Assembly (NCBI GenBank): GCA_905198865.1
Contig: CAJKEB010000004.1
Location: 2,117 to 66,116 of the forward strand
DNA: 64,000 nt
Reading direction: 5' to 3'
Source: an uncultured Eubacteriales bacterium
GTDB lineage: Bacteria; Bacillota; Clostridia; Monoglobales; Monoglobaceae
Shown: piece by piece, positions 1 to 9,871 of the stretch
Numbering within the stretch: the first letter of the stretch is position 1
Layout: the number at the start of each line of letters is the position of its first letter
Program-made: the position numbers and the translations under genes
Notes under the pieces: generated by a model
Told to the model about the DNA's origin: nothing
The model's database searches: none
The model's input: only the letters and a program-made list of their open reading frames with translations

Positions 1-150
1 GGATGCAATTATTTTTTCGCCCTCGACAATATTGGGCATTATACCAATCATTGTAACAAGTTCACCGACACAGGAAACGTCACAAACGGCGTAACCGTTT
101 TCCTGATTATAAAATATAACTGATTCAACAGTACCTTCAATTTTAATCAT
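1..150 (-). CDS. recD2: RecD2-like ATP-dependent helicase, N-terminal part (runs off the window start)
   Basis: Not in the ORF track. The reverse strand from ATG at 150 reads MIKIEGTVESVIFYNQENGYAVCDVSCVGELVTMIGIMPNIVEGEKIIAS, matching the typical RecD2 start (GxVExIxFxNxENGY). SD GGAGGT at 161-166. Confidence 0.75.
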   Translation of the reverse strand, partial: MIKIEGTVESVIFYNQENGYAVCDVSCVGELVTMIGIMPNIVEGEKIIAS

Positions 151-191
151 GTGCGGTTACACCTCCGATACAATTTATTTTCTAAATAAAT

Positions 192-220
192 ATTATAACT
201 TAATATCTTTGTAATCGCAA
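192..220 (-). promoter_or_regulatory. SigA-type promoter of recD2
   Basis: TTGCGA-17 bp-TATAAT on the minus strand. Confidence 0.55.
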
Positions 221-223
221 TAA

Positions 224-251
224 ATTTTACAAAAATATTTTTATGTAACAT
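224..251. other. Candidate dif-like Xer site or operator (11-6-11 imperfect palindrome)
   Basis: ATTTTACAAAA-ATATTT-TTATGTAACAT. The arms are 9/11 inverted, and the right arm resembles the XerD/RipX arm (TTATGTTAAAT / TTATGTAAACT). It lies just upstream of a Xer gene. Confidence 0.35.
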
Positions 252-383
252 ATTTTTAATATAAAAACTCTGGAAAAGAAATAAAAAAGAAGATATAATG
301 ATAAACACAGCTTATTGCACAAAATAAAAATTTTGTGCAATGTTGCAGAGGAAGCAAGCACGAAAAATAAGGAGCAGCAATCA

Positions 384-1355
384 ATGGATAATATTAAATA
401 CGCGCCAGAACCGCTTAAATCGTTTCTGATTTATCTTGAAAGTATTCAGGGTAAGTCTGCTAAAACAGTTGATGAGTATTTTTATGATATCAGGAACTTT
501 TACAGATTTCTGAATCTTAAATTTGGTTTCGTTGGTGAGAACACTGAATTTAATAAAATTGAAATTGATAACGTTGACATTGATATGCTTAAAAAAGTTG
601 ATTTAAATCTACTTTATGAATACGCCAATTTTTTAAATCGTAATTTGGGTAATAAGGCACGAACACGAGCCAGAAAAATTTCAGCTCTGAAATCATATTT
701 TAAATATTTGCACAGCAAAGTCAAATTGATTGACGAAAATCCTACCATAGATTTAGACACTGTTAAAATCGAAAAACAACTGCCTAAGCACTTTACTCTT
801 GAGGACAGCATTAATCTGCTTGAGGCTGTTGATGAGCGGAATTACGAACGCGACTATTGTATATTAACGTTATTTTTAAACTGCGGTATGCGACTTGCTG
901 AGCTTGTAAGTATTAATATTACCGATATACAAGGCGACAAACTTGTTGTTGTAGGTAAGGGTAATAAAGAACGCACCATATACTTAAATCAGGCGTGTAT
1001 TGATGCAATTGAGGCTTATATGCCGGTACGCAATAAAATGACTCCGGAATATAAAGACAAAAATGCGCTGTTTCTGTCCGAACGTAATAACCGTATCAGC
1101 AGACGTACTGTTCAGCACACTGTCGAAAAATATGTTAAGAAATTGGGCATGGACTCACATAAATACACAACTCACAAGCTGCGCCATACTGCTGCAACGC
1201 TTATGCATCAATCAGGCGTAGATATAAGAATTTTGCAGGAAATTTTGGGACATAAACAGCTCAGCACTACCGAGATATATACGCATATAAACAATGAAGA
1301 AATCAGAGCCGCTGTTTCAAAAAACCCTTTGAATACTCCGCAAAATAAGAAATAA
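384..1355 (+). CDS. xerC: XerC/XerD-family tyrosine recombinase
   Basis: Catalytic motifs GMRLAEL, GKGNKER, HKLRH, LGH and TEIYTH are intact; SAM-like N-domain (TRARKISALKSYFKYL). Start placed at ATG 384 after AAGGAG. Confidence 0.85.
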   Translation: MDNIKYAPEPLKSFLIYLESIQGKSAKTVDEYFYDIRNFYRFLNLKFGFVGENTEFNKIEIDNVDIDMLKKVDLNLLYEYANFLNRNLGNKARTRARKISALKSYFKYLHSKVKLIDENPTIDLDTVKIEKQLPKHFTLEDSINLLEAVDERNYERDYCILTLFLNCGMRLAELVSINITDIQGDKLVVVGKGNKERTIYLNQACIDAIEAYMPVRNKMTPEYKDKNALFLSERNNRISRRTVQHTVEKYVKKLGMDSHKYTTHKLRHTAATLMHQSGVDIRILQEILGHKQLSTTEIYTHINNEEIRAAVSKNPLNTPQNKK

Positions 1356-1376
1356 AATTGCAATAAAAATACAAAA

Positions 1377-1406
1377 AATAGCATAAAGAAATCACTTTAT
1401 GCTATT
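1377..1406. terminator. Hairpin terminator between convergent xer and ABC-F genes
   Basis: AATAGCATAAAG-6-CTTTATGCTATT perfect 12-bp stem. Confidence 0.7.
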
Positions 1407-3336
1407 CGCTGTTTTGTAGTGAAAGTTCCTCCCATTCGCTGTAATATGCCTCAAGATTATTTGTATTTTCGTCAAGGAGAGATGTTTTTTCAGTCATGAG
1501 CTGATAATCAGAAAATACCTCCTCTGACCCCATTTCCTTCTCTAAATTTGAGATCGTTTCCTCAGTTTCAGCTATGAGCTTTTCAAGCTCGGAAATTCTC
1601 TGTTTACGCTGGGCGTCAGCCCTGCGCTGTTCTTTTGAACGATAACCGCCTGATGATTTAGAAGCGATTTTTTTCTCTATACTCGCATCAGCCTCTTTTG
1701 CTTTATTCTGATTTTTTAACCACTCTTTGCGTTCCTTATAATACTCAAAGTTTCCGTCATACATTATTATACCGTCTTTTGTCATTTCAGCGATTCTGTC
1801 AGGAACTTTGTTCAGCAAATATCTGTCATGTGTCACAAAAATCAAGGTACCTTGATAATCTGTCAGAGCTTGCTCAAGAACCTCTTTTGAAGGCAAGTCA
1901 AGATGGTTAGTAGGCTCGTCAAATAGAATTACATTTGATTTTTCAAGCATAATTATACAAAAGGCAAGTTTGGCGCGTTCGCCGCCGCTTATAACTTTTA
2001 CCGGTTTATATACATCATCCTTAGTAAGACGAACACTTCCGAGAACCTTGCGGATTGTTGCTTCCGGAATTCTCGGAAATCTGTTCCAAAGCTCATCTAT
2101 TGCAAGATTATCCGGATTCAGATTCAAGTTTTCCTGCTCATAATAGCTGATGCTTGTATTTTTGCCCCAAGTCACAGTTCCGGTTTTGTGCGGGATAATG
2201 CCCTGAATAGTTTTCAAAAACGATGATTTTCCGATTCCGTTGTCACCGATAAGCGCAATCTTTTCACCGCGTCTGACATGAAGATTAATATTGCTGCAAA
2301 GTGTTATAAGCTCGTCGCCTACGGAAACATCAAGCTTGTCTACAATCAATACGTCTTTATAAGGCTCTTTAATTATGTCGAACTTAAGTTTGATCTGTTT
2401 AATATCTGAGTCAGGTTTTTCGATTATTTCCATATTTTCAAGCGCTTTGACTCTTGACTTTGCGCTCGCAGAGGTTGACGCGCGTGCAATATTCTTTTCG
2501 ATATATGTTTCCATCTGAGCTATTTCAAGCTGCTGTGCTTCATATTGCTTCTGCTGAAGTTCGCGTCTTTCTTCTCTTAAAACCAGATACTTACTGTAAT
2601 TGCCGGAATAGCTTTCGAGTTTTCCATGCTGAAGCTCAAACATATTATCAACAGTTTTGTCAAGAAAATATCTGTCATGACTGACGATAAGCAGAGAACC
2701 CTTATAAGATTCCACAAGATAGTTTTCAAGCCAGTTAAGAGTTTTAAAATCAAGATGATTGGTCGGCTCGTCAAGTATTAACAGATTTGGCTCCTGCAGA
2801 AGCAGCGACGCTATGGCAAGACGGGTCTTTTCACCGCCTGACAGCGTGCTGATTTGGGTATCTAAGTCTTTATCCTGAAAGCCCATACCGTTTAATATAG
2901 TTTTAATTCTGACATCAATATTATATCCGTCACAGCTTTCAAAATACGCCTGCTTTTTTGAATACTCAGACATCAGGCCTTTATATTCCGAAGAATTGTG
3001 TTCCAGCACAGACTGCATTTTTTCTTCAAGCATTCTCAGGCTATCCTCAATCTTAAGAAGCTCGGAGAATACGTTTCGCATTTCCTCAATAATAGTAGAA
3101 TTTCTATCAAGGCCGGTATTTTGCTTTAAGTACCCAATACTGAGATTAGATGTTTTATATATATCACCGCCGTCATAATCAAGCTCACCCATCAAGATAC
3201 TCAGTAATGTAGACTTACCGGCTCCGTTAACGCCAATAAGACCATAGCGGGTATTATCCTCTATGGTCATATTTATATCTCGCAGTATTTGATTTTCACC
3301 AAAGCTCTTGTTAAGATTATTTGTAGAAATCAGCAT
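1402..3336 (-). CDS. ABC-F family ATPase (YdiF/Uup-like translation factor)
   Basis: Two ABC domains (GVNGAGKST, LSGGEK, LDEPTNHLD; GDNGIGKS, ISGGER, FDEPTNHLD), no TM segments, coiled-coil C-terminal tail. Confidence 0.92.
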   Translation of the reverse strand: MLISTNNLNKSFGENQILRDINMTIEDNTRYGLIGVNGAGKSTLLSILMGELDYDGGDIYKTSNLSIGYLKQNTGLDRNSTIIEEMRNVFSELLKIEDSLRMLEEKMQSVLEHNSSEYKGLMSEYSKKQAYFESCDGYNIDVRIKTILNGMGFQDKDLDTQISTLSGGEKTRLAIASLLLQEPNLLILDEPTNHLDFKTLNWLENYLVESYKGSLLIVSHDRYFLDKTVDNMFELQHGKLESYSGNYSKYLVLREERRELQQKQYEAQQLEIAQMETYIEKNIARASTSASAKSRVKALENMEIIEKPDSDIKQIKLKFDIIKEPYKDVLIVDKLDVSVGDELITLCSNINLHVRRGEKIALIGDNGIGKSSFLKTIQGIIPHKTGTVTWGKNTSISYYEQENLNLNPDNLAIDELWNRFPRIPEATIRKVLGSVRLTKDDVYKPVKVISGGERAKLAFCIIMLEKSNVILFDEPTNHLDLPSKEVLEQALTDYQGTLIFVTHDRYLLNKVPDRIAEMTKDGIIMYDGNFEYYKERKEWLKNQNKAKEADASIEKKIASKSSGGYRSKEQRRADAQRKQRISELEKLIAETEETISNLEKEMGSEEVFSDYQLMTEKTSLLDENTNNLEAYYSEWEELSLQNSE

Positions 3337-3338
3337 TA

Positions 3339-3872
3339 TTAATATTCGTATCCCGCTTTAATTAATTCGATATTTTTTTCGGCAAGCTGCATTTTTGCAG
3401 GCGGAATATGCGACTTTACACTTTCGTATAAAGCGTCTATAGAAAACGTTGGTTCTTTAGCTTTTATATATGCGCCTGCCATAACCATGTTTCCAAGCTG
3501 TGCATTGCCGTGTCTTTCGGCAATTTCCATTGCCGGTATGTATTTGACAGTCACATCATCTCTCTGAACTTTTGTATCAATGAGTGAACTGTCCATAACA
3601 ATTAAGCCGCCGGGCTTAACTGTATCCACAAATTTTTCGAGTGAAGGCTTGTTCATAACAATAAGTGTATCCGGATTTGTTATAACCGGTGAACCGATTT
3701 TGTTATCTGAAATTATGACACTGCAGTTACAGGTACCGCCGCGCATTTCGGGACCATATGACGGAAGCCAGGATAGGTTTTTGCCGGTATCCATACCAAG
3801 ATATGCCAGAGTCTTTCCGACAAACAATACACCTTGACCGCCAAATCCTGCTATCAGTATTTGTTCAAACAC
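3339..3872 (-). CDS. 2-oxoacid:ferredoxin oxidoreductase gamma subunit
   Basis: AGFGGQG, WLPSYGPEMRGG; operon context. Confidence 0.92.
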   Translation of the reverse strand: MFEQILIAGFGGQGVLFVGKTLAYLGMDTGKNLSWLPSYGPEMRGGTCNCSVIISDNKIGSPVITNPDTLIVMNKPSLEKFVDTVKPGGLIVMDSSLIDTKVQRDDVTVKYIPAMEIAERHGNAQLGNMVMAGAYIKAKEPTFSIDALYESVKSHIPPAKMQLAEKNIELIKAGYEY

Positions 3873-4627
3873 TATCTGACACCTCCCTCGGCTATACAGT
3901 CTTTATATACTCCAAGCGGGAATTCGGGCATCATTTCAGTGCGAATTCTTTCAAGCGCTTCAACCGGTGTCATTCCCCAGTTTGTTGGGCAAGTTGATAA
4001 TACTTCAACGAGTGAAAAACCTTTTCCCGCAAGCTGACATTCGAACGCTTTTCTGATTGCAGCTTTTGTCTTTTTGATATTAGGTATTGAATCAACTGCA
4101 ACCCTTTCAACATAGCATGCGCCTTTAATAGTTGCTATCATTTCCGAAACATGAACAGGGTAACCTTGATTTTCAACTTTTCTTCCGTACGGTGTTGTCT
4201 GTGTAACCTGATTAACCAGTGAAGTCGGAGCCATTTGTCCTCCGGTCATTCCGTAGATTGTATTGTTTATAAAAATAATTGTAATGTTTTCAGCGCGTGC
4301 AGCAGAATGTATTGTTTCAGCAGTACCTATTGCCGCCAGGTCACCGTCGCCCTGATATGTAAAAACAAGATTGTCAGGATGAACCCGTTTTATTCCGGTT
4401 GCAACAGCGGGCGCTCTGCCGTGTGCTGCTTCCTGCATATCAAATTCAAAAAAGTTATAAGCTGTAACACTGCATCCCACAGGTGCTATACCTATAGTCT
4501 TTCCCTCTAAGCCCATTTCATCAACGACTTCGGCAATAAGTCTGTTAACAACACCATGCGTACAACCGGGACAATAAGAAAGAACTACGTCACTGAGTGA
4601 ATGCGGTCTGTCAAATATTTTTTCCAT
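3872..4627 (-). CDS. 2-oxoacid:ferredoxin oxidoreductase beta (TPP-binding) subunit
   Basis: YCPGCTHG, GDGD...NNTIYGMTGGQ TPP motif, CPTNWG. Confidence 0.92.
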   Translation of the reverse strand: MEKIFDRPHSLSDVVLSYCPGCTHGVVNRLIAEVVDEMGLEGKTIGIAPVGCSVTAYNFFEFDMQEAAHGRAPAVATGIKRVHPDNLVFTYQGDGDLAAIGTAETIHSAARAENITIIFINNTIYGMTGGQMAPTSLVNQVTQTTPYGRKVENQGYPVHVSEMIATIKGACYVERVAVDSIPNIKKTKAAIRKAFECQLAGKGFSLVEVLSTCPTNWGMTPVEALERIRTEMMPEFPLGVYKDCIAEGGVR

Positions 4628-4646
4628 TTATTTATTCATCTCCTAT

Positions 4647-5714
4647 TTACGCATTTTCCTTTATGTATTTTTCTACTTCAGCTAAAATTGCTGATTGTTC
4701 GGGAATCATACCGCCGGTTCTTCCGTAAAAGTATACCGGTCTCCTGCCGTTAACCGAAAGTCTGACATCCTCCACCATTTGACCCATGCTCATCTCAACA
4801 CTCAGGAAGGCTTTTGCGGTTTCGGCACGTTTTTCAAAAACCTTTGCAGGGAACGGCCAAAGCGTGATTGGTCTGATTAAGCCCACCTTAAGTCCGCTTT
4901 TCCTTGCCTCTTCCACTGCTGACATCGCAATTCTAGCGATCGTACCGTATGCCACAATAATTAAGTCGGCGTCCTCGGTCTGAATTTCTTCATACAGAGC
5001 TTCTGTTTCCATAATTTTGTCATATCTCTTTTGCCGTTGAACACAGAGATGTTCGAGCTCTTCAGGCGTCAGATACAGAGAATTTATAATATTCTTTTTG
5101 CGTTTCATTTGAGTGCCGGTTGTAGCCCACGGCTTTTCTGGCAAATCTTTCAAATCAATATATTCTTTAAATTCTACGGGCTCCATCATTTGTCCAAGCA
5201 TACCATCGCCCATTATCATTGCCGGCATTCTGTATTCATCTGCCTTATCAAATGCGAGCGAGGTCAAATCAGCAAGCTCCTGAACCGATGACGGCGCAAA
5301 TACCAAAAGATGATAGTCGCCGTGACCTCCGCCTTTTGTAGCCTGAAAATAGTCAGACTGCGCCGGCTGAATTCCGCCGAGACCGGGGCCTCCTCTTACT
5401 ATATTGACTATCAGACAAGGTAAATCAGCACCGGCTATGTATGATATACCTTCTTGTTTAAGGCTTATGCCCGGACTTGACGACGAAGTCATAACGCGGG
5501 CTCCGGCGCCCGAAGCACCGTAAACCATGTTTATTGCGGCAACTTCACTCTCTGCCTGAAGAAAAGTACCGCCGTTTTTTTGCATTTTCTTAGCCATATA
5601 TGCTGCAAGCTCTGTCTGCGGTGTAATCGGATAACCGAAAAAATACCTGCATCCGCAGCGCATAGCAGCTTCGGCAAGGGCTTCATTGCCCTTCATTAAT
5701 ACCTTATTTCCCAT
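4647..5714 (-). CDS. vorB: 2-oxoacid:ferredoxin oxidoreductase alpha subunit (VorB / 2-ketoisovalerate type)
   Basis: KGNEA, GYPITPQTE, QAESE, TSSSSPG, RGGPGLG. Confidence 0.88.
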   Translation of the reverse strand: MGNKVLMKGNEALAEAAMRCGCRYFFGYPITPQTELAAYMAKKMQKNGGTFLQAESEVAAINMVYGASGAGARVMTSSSSPGISLKQEGISYIAGADLPCLIVNIVRGGPGLGGIQPAQSDYFQATKGGGHGDYHLLVFAPSSVQELADLTSLAFDKADEYRMPAMIMGDGMLGQMMEPVEFKEYIDLKDLPEKPWATTGTQMKRKKNIINSLYLTPEELEHLCVQRQKRYDKIMETEALYEEIQTEDADLIIVAYGTIARIAMSAVEEARKSGLKVGLIRPITLWPFPAKVFEKRAETAKAFLSVEMSMGQMVEDVRLSVNGRRPVYFYGRTGGMIPEQSAILAEVEKYIKENA

Positions 5715-5726
5715 TTATACCACTCC

Positions 5727-5933
5727 TTATTTTTCAATAGTTATAACACAATCAGGACAAATAGTTGCACAAAATGCACATCCTATACACTGAGACATGT
5801 CGCTTACGGCAGCCGGGTGATAGCCCTTGTCATTCAGTGTTTCGTTATCCATAATTACGATTTTCTTCGGACAAACAGAAACGCAAAGACCGCAACCCTT
5901 GCATCTGTCAAGCCTGAAACTTACTTTTGGCAT
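5727..5933 (-). CDS. 2x[4Fe-4S] ferredoxin (delta subunit)
   Basis: Two CxxCxxCxxxCP motifs. Confidence 0.93.
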   Translation of the reverse strand: MPKVSFRLDRCKGCGLCVSVCPKKIVIMDNETLNDKGYHPAAVSDMSQCIGCAFCATICPDCVITIEK

Positions 5934-5972
5934 TTAATTTCCCTTCTTTCAAAATTCGACTTATTCATAAAA

Positions 5973-6677
5973 TTAATTGTTAAATCCGGGACCTACAAAC
6001 AGATCCATAGGAAATAACTTATCATTGTATTGTTTGCTAATTTTTGACGAAGCTGATATGTCTTCATAAACAGATTTTGAGACTGTGATATAAGCTATCG
6101 GCAGATTAACTTTTTTTGAGAAGTTCTCAGCAAGCTCAATCCCTTTCTCCACAACTTCCAAGTCAGTAAATTGCATCAGATGTGTATTGCTTACAATCGC
6201 TGTCGGATTAAGCCTTGAAGCCTGTCTAATCTCTTGATAGATAACCTCAGCATCCTCAACGTTCTGCGTCAGCAAACGCCTCTCGTTTAATACGAAAAAC
6301 ATATCATAATCTTCTTGATTAAAACAATTATGATAAAAGCCAAGCGCAGTAGCGCCGTCCTCGTCACCTCCAACATCAAATACAACATATTTTGACTTAT
6401 CATCAAATGCGCTGTATACCTCAGGCGGCAGAGACGGATTTTCAATATTCATATTCGCAAATTCGGGTGAAATAACTTCAATTCCATTTGCTTCAAGGAA
6501 GCTCTGTGCATCCTTTGTTCGGAAATACGGATTGACTATATCAAAATCAATTATTAAAACATCAAGATTGAGTTTTTTTAACTCAAGAGCATAATTGATT
6601 GCAAATTCAGTTTTCCCACTTCCGAAGTGTCCCGTGACACAAGTAATTCTTTTTATTATATCTTTGTTTAAAGCCAT
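5973..6677 (-). CDS. Uncharacterised P-loop NTPase (MinD/CobQ-like) associated with vor operons
   Basis: Walker A GHFGSGKTE, DFDIVNPYFR, DVGGD. Confidence 0.75.
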   Translation of the reverse strand: MALNKDIIKRITCVTGHFGSGKTEFAINYALELKKLNLDVLIIDFDIVNPYFRTKDAQSFLEANGIEVISPEFANMNIENPSLPPEVYSAFDDKSKYVVFDVGGDEDGATALGFYHNCFNQEDYDMFFVLNERRLLTQNVEDAEVIYQEIRQASRLNPTAIVSNTHLMQFTDLEVVEKGIELAENFSKKVNLPIAYITVSKSVYEDISASSKISKQYNDKLFPMDLFVGPGFNN

Positions 6678-6694
6678 ATTTCAAATCTCATATA

Positions 6695-7126
6695 CTAATC
6701 ATTTTCTGAATTAATATCGTTTATATCATAGTCTGACGTAACCTTATTCTTGATTATAAATTTACTGTCAACGTTTTTAAAAATCAGCTTTACAATCAAG
6801 AATCCTACAAGTAAAAATACTGCGGCTGAAATTAATGCCATAATATCACGTTTTGTAATCATATATCCGATGTAGGCACCGATTACCAAAAGAAGCGCCA
6901 TAAAGCCATAACCAATTATTGCATATTTAATAACTTTGCGTGAATCTTCATAAAGAGTAATCATATCTCCTTTACGAAGTCCAATGTTGTCTTCAGCTTC
7001 TACAATAATGGCGTTTGCAGGGCATCCGCTGCAGCTGACACAATTTCCGCCGCAGGCGGATTCTCTGTTTACTCTTATTTTTGCAATACCATTTTTAGAT
7101 TCTATAACATATCCGGTTTGTTCCAT
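6695..7126 (-). CDS. rseC: RseC/MucC-family membrane protein
   Basis: RESACGGNCVSCSGC Cys cluster followed by two TM helices. Confidence 0.75.
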   Translation of the reverse strand: MEQTGYVIESKNGIAKIRVNRESACGGNCVSCSGCPANAIIVEAEDNIGLRKGDMITLYEDSRKVIKYAIIGYGFMALLLVIGAYIGYMITKRDIMALISAAVFLLVGFLIVKLIFKNVDSKFIIKNKVTSDYDINDINSEND

Positions 7127-7162
7127 ATACTTATCTCCAAATTAAATTCCTGCAATAAATTT

Positions 7163-7191
7163 ATTATAATAAACTAAAATGAAATTGTCAA
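7163..7191 (-). promoter_or_regulatory. SigA promoter of the rseC-NTPase-vor-ABC-F operon
   Basis: TTGACA-17-TATAAT perfect consensus. Confidence 0.75.
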
Positions 7192-7253
7192 TATGCCAAC
7201 ACAAACTTAACTTTTTAATCCAGATTTACACATTAATCGGCTTAAAAATCAGT

Positions 7254-8936
7254 TTATGCTTTGGCTTTTAAACTCTCGGCTTGTTCCAGCATCTCATTAG
7301 CTGCTTTCAGAGTGGTTTCAGTCACGGACACACCGCCGATTATTCGTGAAAGCTCGCTCTTTCGTTCTTCTTTTGTCAGCAGGCGAACGTTTGTACTGGT
7401 ATGTTCATCACTGCTATTTTTTTCGATTAAATACTGTCTGTCTGCCATAGAGGCAATCTGAGCCAGATGCGTTATGCAAAGAACCTGCTTTGAACGCGAA
7501 ATCTTGCATATCTTTTCAGAAATCTTCTGAGCCGCACGGCCGCTTACACCGGTGTCTATTTCATCAAATATCATTGTGTCTACTATATCATTTTCAGATA
7601 ATATTGATTTAATCGCAAGCATAATACGTGACATTTCACCGCCGGAAGCAATTTTGCTCAGCGGTTTCAAGGCTTCTCCGGGATTTGTTGAAATCAGGAA
7701 CTCAATGTCATCACAGCCTGATTTTCCGTATTCACATTCTTTGATATTTACCGAAAATACAACCTTGCTCATGTCAAGTTCTGATAATTCCCGCATTATT
7801 GCTTCTGAGAGCGATTTTCCGGCATTTACTCGGCTTTCCGTAAGATTTTTGGCAGATGAAACCATTTCTGACTTTGCATCATCAATTTTTTGTTTAAGTT
7901 CAATCAAATTGCTGTCAAGGTTTTCGATACTTTCAATTTCAGCTTTACATTTCTCGCTGTATTCAACGAGTTCATGTATACTTGTGCAATTATACTTTCT
8001 TTTTAAATCAGAAATCAAAACCAGACGTCCCTCTACCATATCAAGTTCGCCAGCTTCGTAATCAACACTGTCAAGATATGATTTTAATTCACGTGTTACA
8101 TCGTCTATGTCAGCTAAAGCAGATGAAATTGTTTCATAATATCCACTTAGATTTTCATCATATTCCGAAGCGCTTTCAAGACATCTTGAAGCGTTTTCAA
8201 TCAAATCATAAGCCGATTTTGTCATTTCATCTCCGTACAGTGAGGAATACGCCTCGCCTACATTTGACATAATACTCTCTATATTTGTAAGGAACTCGCG
8301 ACGCTGCTCAAGCTCCTCCTCTTCGCCTGTCTTGAGTTTAGACTTATCAATTTCATCACTGCTGTAGCGAAGCAGCTCCAAACGCCGTTCCTTATCAAAC
8401 TCTGCATTATTTAAAGCGTCATATTGTGCGCACAAATTTGTATAGACTTCATATTTTGCTCTGTAATTGGAAAGAACACCGGCATTTTTGGCGTAATCGT
8501 CCACAAATTCCCTATGAGCAGAGGATTTCAAGAGCGAACGGTTATCCTGCTGACCGTGTATTGTCAATAACAACTCACTTATTTCTCTGACAACGGCAAG
8601 AGGTGCAGTTATTCCGTTAATCTTGCATGTACTTTTTCCCTCTGAAGTAATCTTTCGACTGATAATCAGAGTATCATCTTCTGCTTCTATGTCAAGCTCT
8701 TCAAGTTTTTCGCGTATCTTCGGACTAACATCAAACACAGCCTGCGCATACGCATAATCCGAGCCGCTTCTGACTAAATCTCTGCTGGTTCTGCCGCCGA
8801 GAGCCATATTTATCGAGTCGATTAATATAGATTTTCCTGCGCCCGTTTCTCCCGTAAGCACATTGAATCCCTTGCCGAACTCTATATCAACACTGTCGAT
8901 AATTGCAACGTTTTTAATCTGTAATTCATTTAGCAT
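7254..8936 (-). CDS. recN: DNA repair protein RecN
   Basis: LTGETGAGKS, IHGQ, ASGGEMSR, FDEIDTGVSG, ITHLAQIA. Confidence 0.96.
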   Translation of the reverse strand: MLNELQIKNVAIIDSVDIEFGKGFNVLTGETGAGKSILIDSINMALGGRTSRDLVRSGSDYAYAQAVFDVSPKIREKLEELDIEAEDDTLIISRKITSEGKSTCKINGITAPLAVVREISELLLTIHGQQDNRSLLKSSAHREFVDDYAKNAGVLSNYRAKYEVYTNLCAQYDALNNAEFDKERRLELLRYSSDEIDKSKLKTGEEEELEQRREFLTNIESIMSNVGEAYSSLYGDEMTKSAYDLIENASRCLESASEYDENLSGYYETISSALADIDDVTRELKSYLDSVDYEAGELDMVEGRLVLISDLKRKYNCTSIHELVEYSEKCKAEIESIENLDSNLIELKQKIDDAKSEMVSSAKNLTESRVNAGKSLSEAIMRELSELDMSKVVFSVNIKECEYGKSGCDDIEFLISTNPGEALKPLSKIASGGEMSRIMLAIKSILSENDIVDTMIFDEIDTGVSGRAAQKISEKICKISRSKQVLCITHLAQIASMADRQYLIEKNSSDEHTSTNVRLLTKEERKSELSRIIGGVSVTETTLKAANEMLEQAESLKAKA

Positions 8937-8976
8937 TATCTCACCTCATAGCCAATCGGCTGCATAAGTCATAAAT

Positions 8977-9849
8977 TTAATCTGACAATTTATTTCTCAA
9001 AACGTCAAAAAAGTTTGTATTCTCTTGCTTCACAAGAAGTGTAGTGTACTTTGAACGTTTAATCTGAACTCTCTCTTTGCAGCTGCAAAACTTATATATT
9101 ATCTTTCCGTCAGCTCTGACAACCGCTTCTGTTCTGTACGGCGGTTCCTGGAATATTTCGACCACACTTTCGCCGGGAATGACGGTGCTCCTTGCTTTAA
9201 GCGTATGGGGACATATAGGAGTAATTATCATAGCGTCAACCTCAGGATGCATAACAGCGCCTCCTGCCGAGAGTGAATACGCCGTTGAGCCTATTGCGCT
9301 TGCAACAATAAGTCCGTCCGCCGAATACCGACCCATGCTTGTCCCGTTTACGTTGGCTGAAACAGTGACCATTTTATATTCATCACCTGATATGATTACA
9401 TCATTCAGTGCAAGTGATTTTGCTTTTATTTCATTATTTTCGTCAAGTATAGCGATGTCAAGCATCATACATTCGGTTATGCTATAGTTATTGTTTAACA
9501 CATCGCGTATTGCAGAATAGTCGCCTTTCTCTGTCTGTGTTAAAAATCCCAGCGTTCCAACGTTTATTCCGATGATAGGTATGGAGTACCTTGCCGCATC
9601 AACAGCCACTTCGATTATAGTGCCGTCTCCGCCGAGTGTTATCAAAAAGTCAACAGCAGAAAACAAATCTTTTCGTGCAATAAATTTGTAATTGCCGAGA
9701 TATTTTTGACAGATCATGTCAAGATCTGACTCATAATCATTTTCGAAATAAACAAAGCAGTCAAATTTGCTTAAATATTTAATTATTTTTTTAGTTTCAC
9801 AAAAATCAACATCACGTATCGGATTTGGTATAACAGCTATTTTTTTCAT
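8977..9849 (-). CDS. nadK: NAD(+) kinase
   Basis: LGGDGT, GTLGFL, ALND, ADGLIVAS.IGSTAYSLSAGG. Confidence 0.94.
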   Translation of the reverse strand: MKKIAVIPNPIRDVDFCETKKIIKYLSKFDCFVYFENDYESDLDMICQKYLGNYKFIARKDLFSAVDFLITLGGDGTIIEVAVDAARYSIPIIGINVGTLGFLTQTEKGDYSAIRDVLNNNYSITECMMLDIAILDENNEIKAKSLALNDVIISGDEYKMVTVSANVNGTSMGRYSADGLIVASAIGSTAYSLSAGGAVMHPEVDAMIITPICPHTLKARSTVIPGESVVEIFQEPPYRTEAVVRADGKIIYKFCSCKERVQIKRSKYTTLLVKQENTNFFDVLRNKLSD

Positions 9850-9871
9850 AATATCTCCATGCTATTAAAGC

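Noticed and set aside
315..1355. Tyrosine recombinase as the integrase of a prophage or ICE
   Set aside because: Flanked by housekeeping genes, with no phage, conjugation or excisionase genes and no att-like repeats seen. The sequence is Xer-like.
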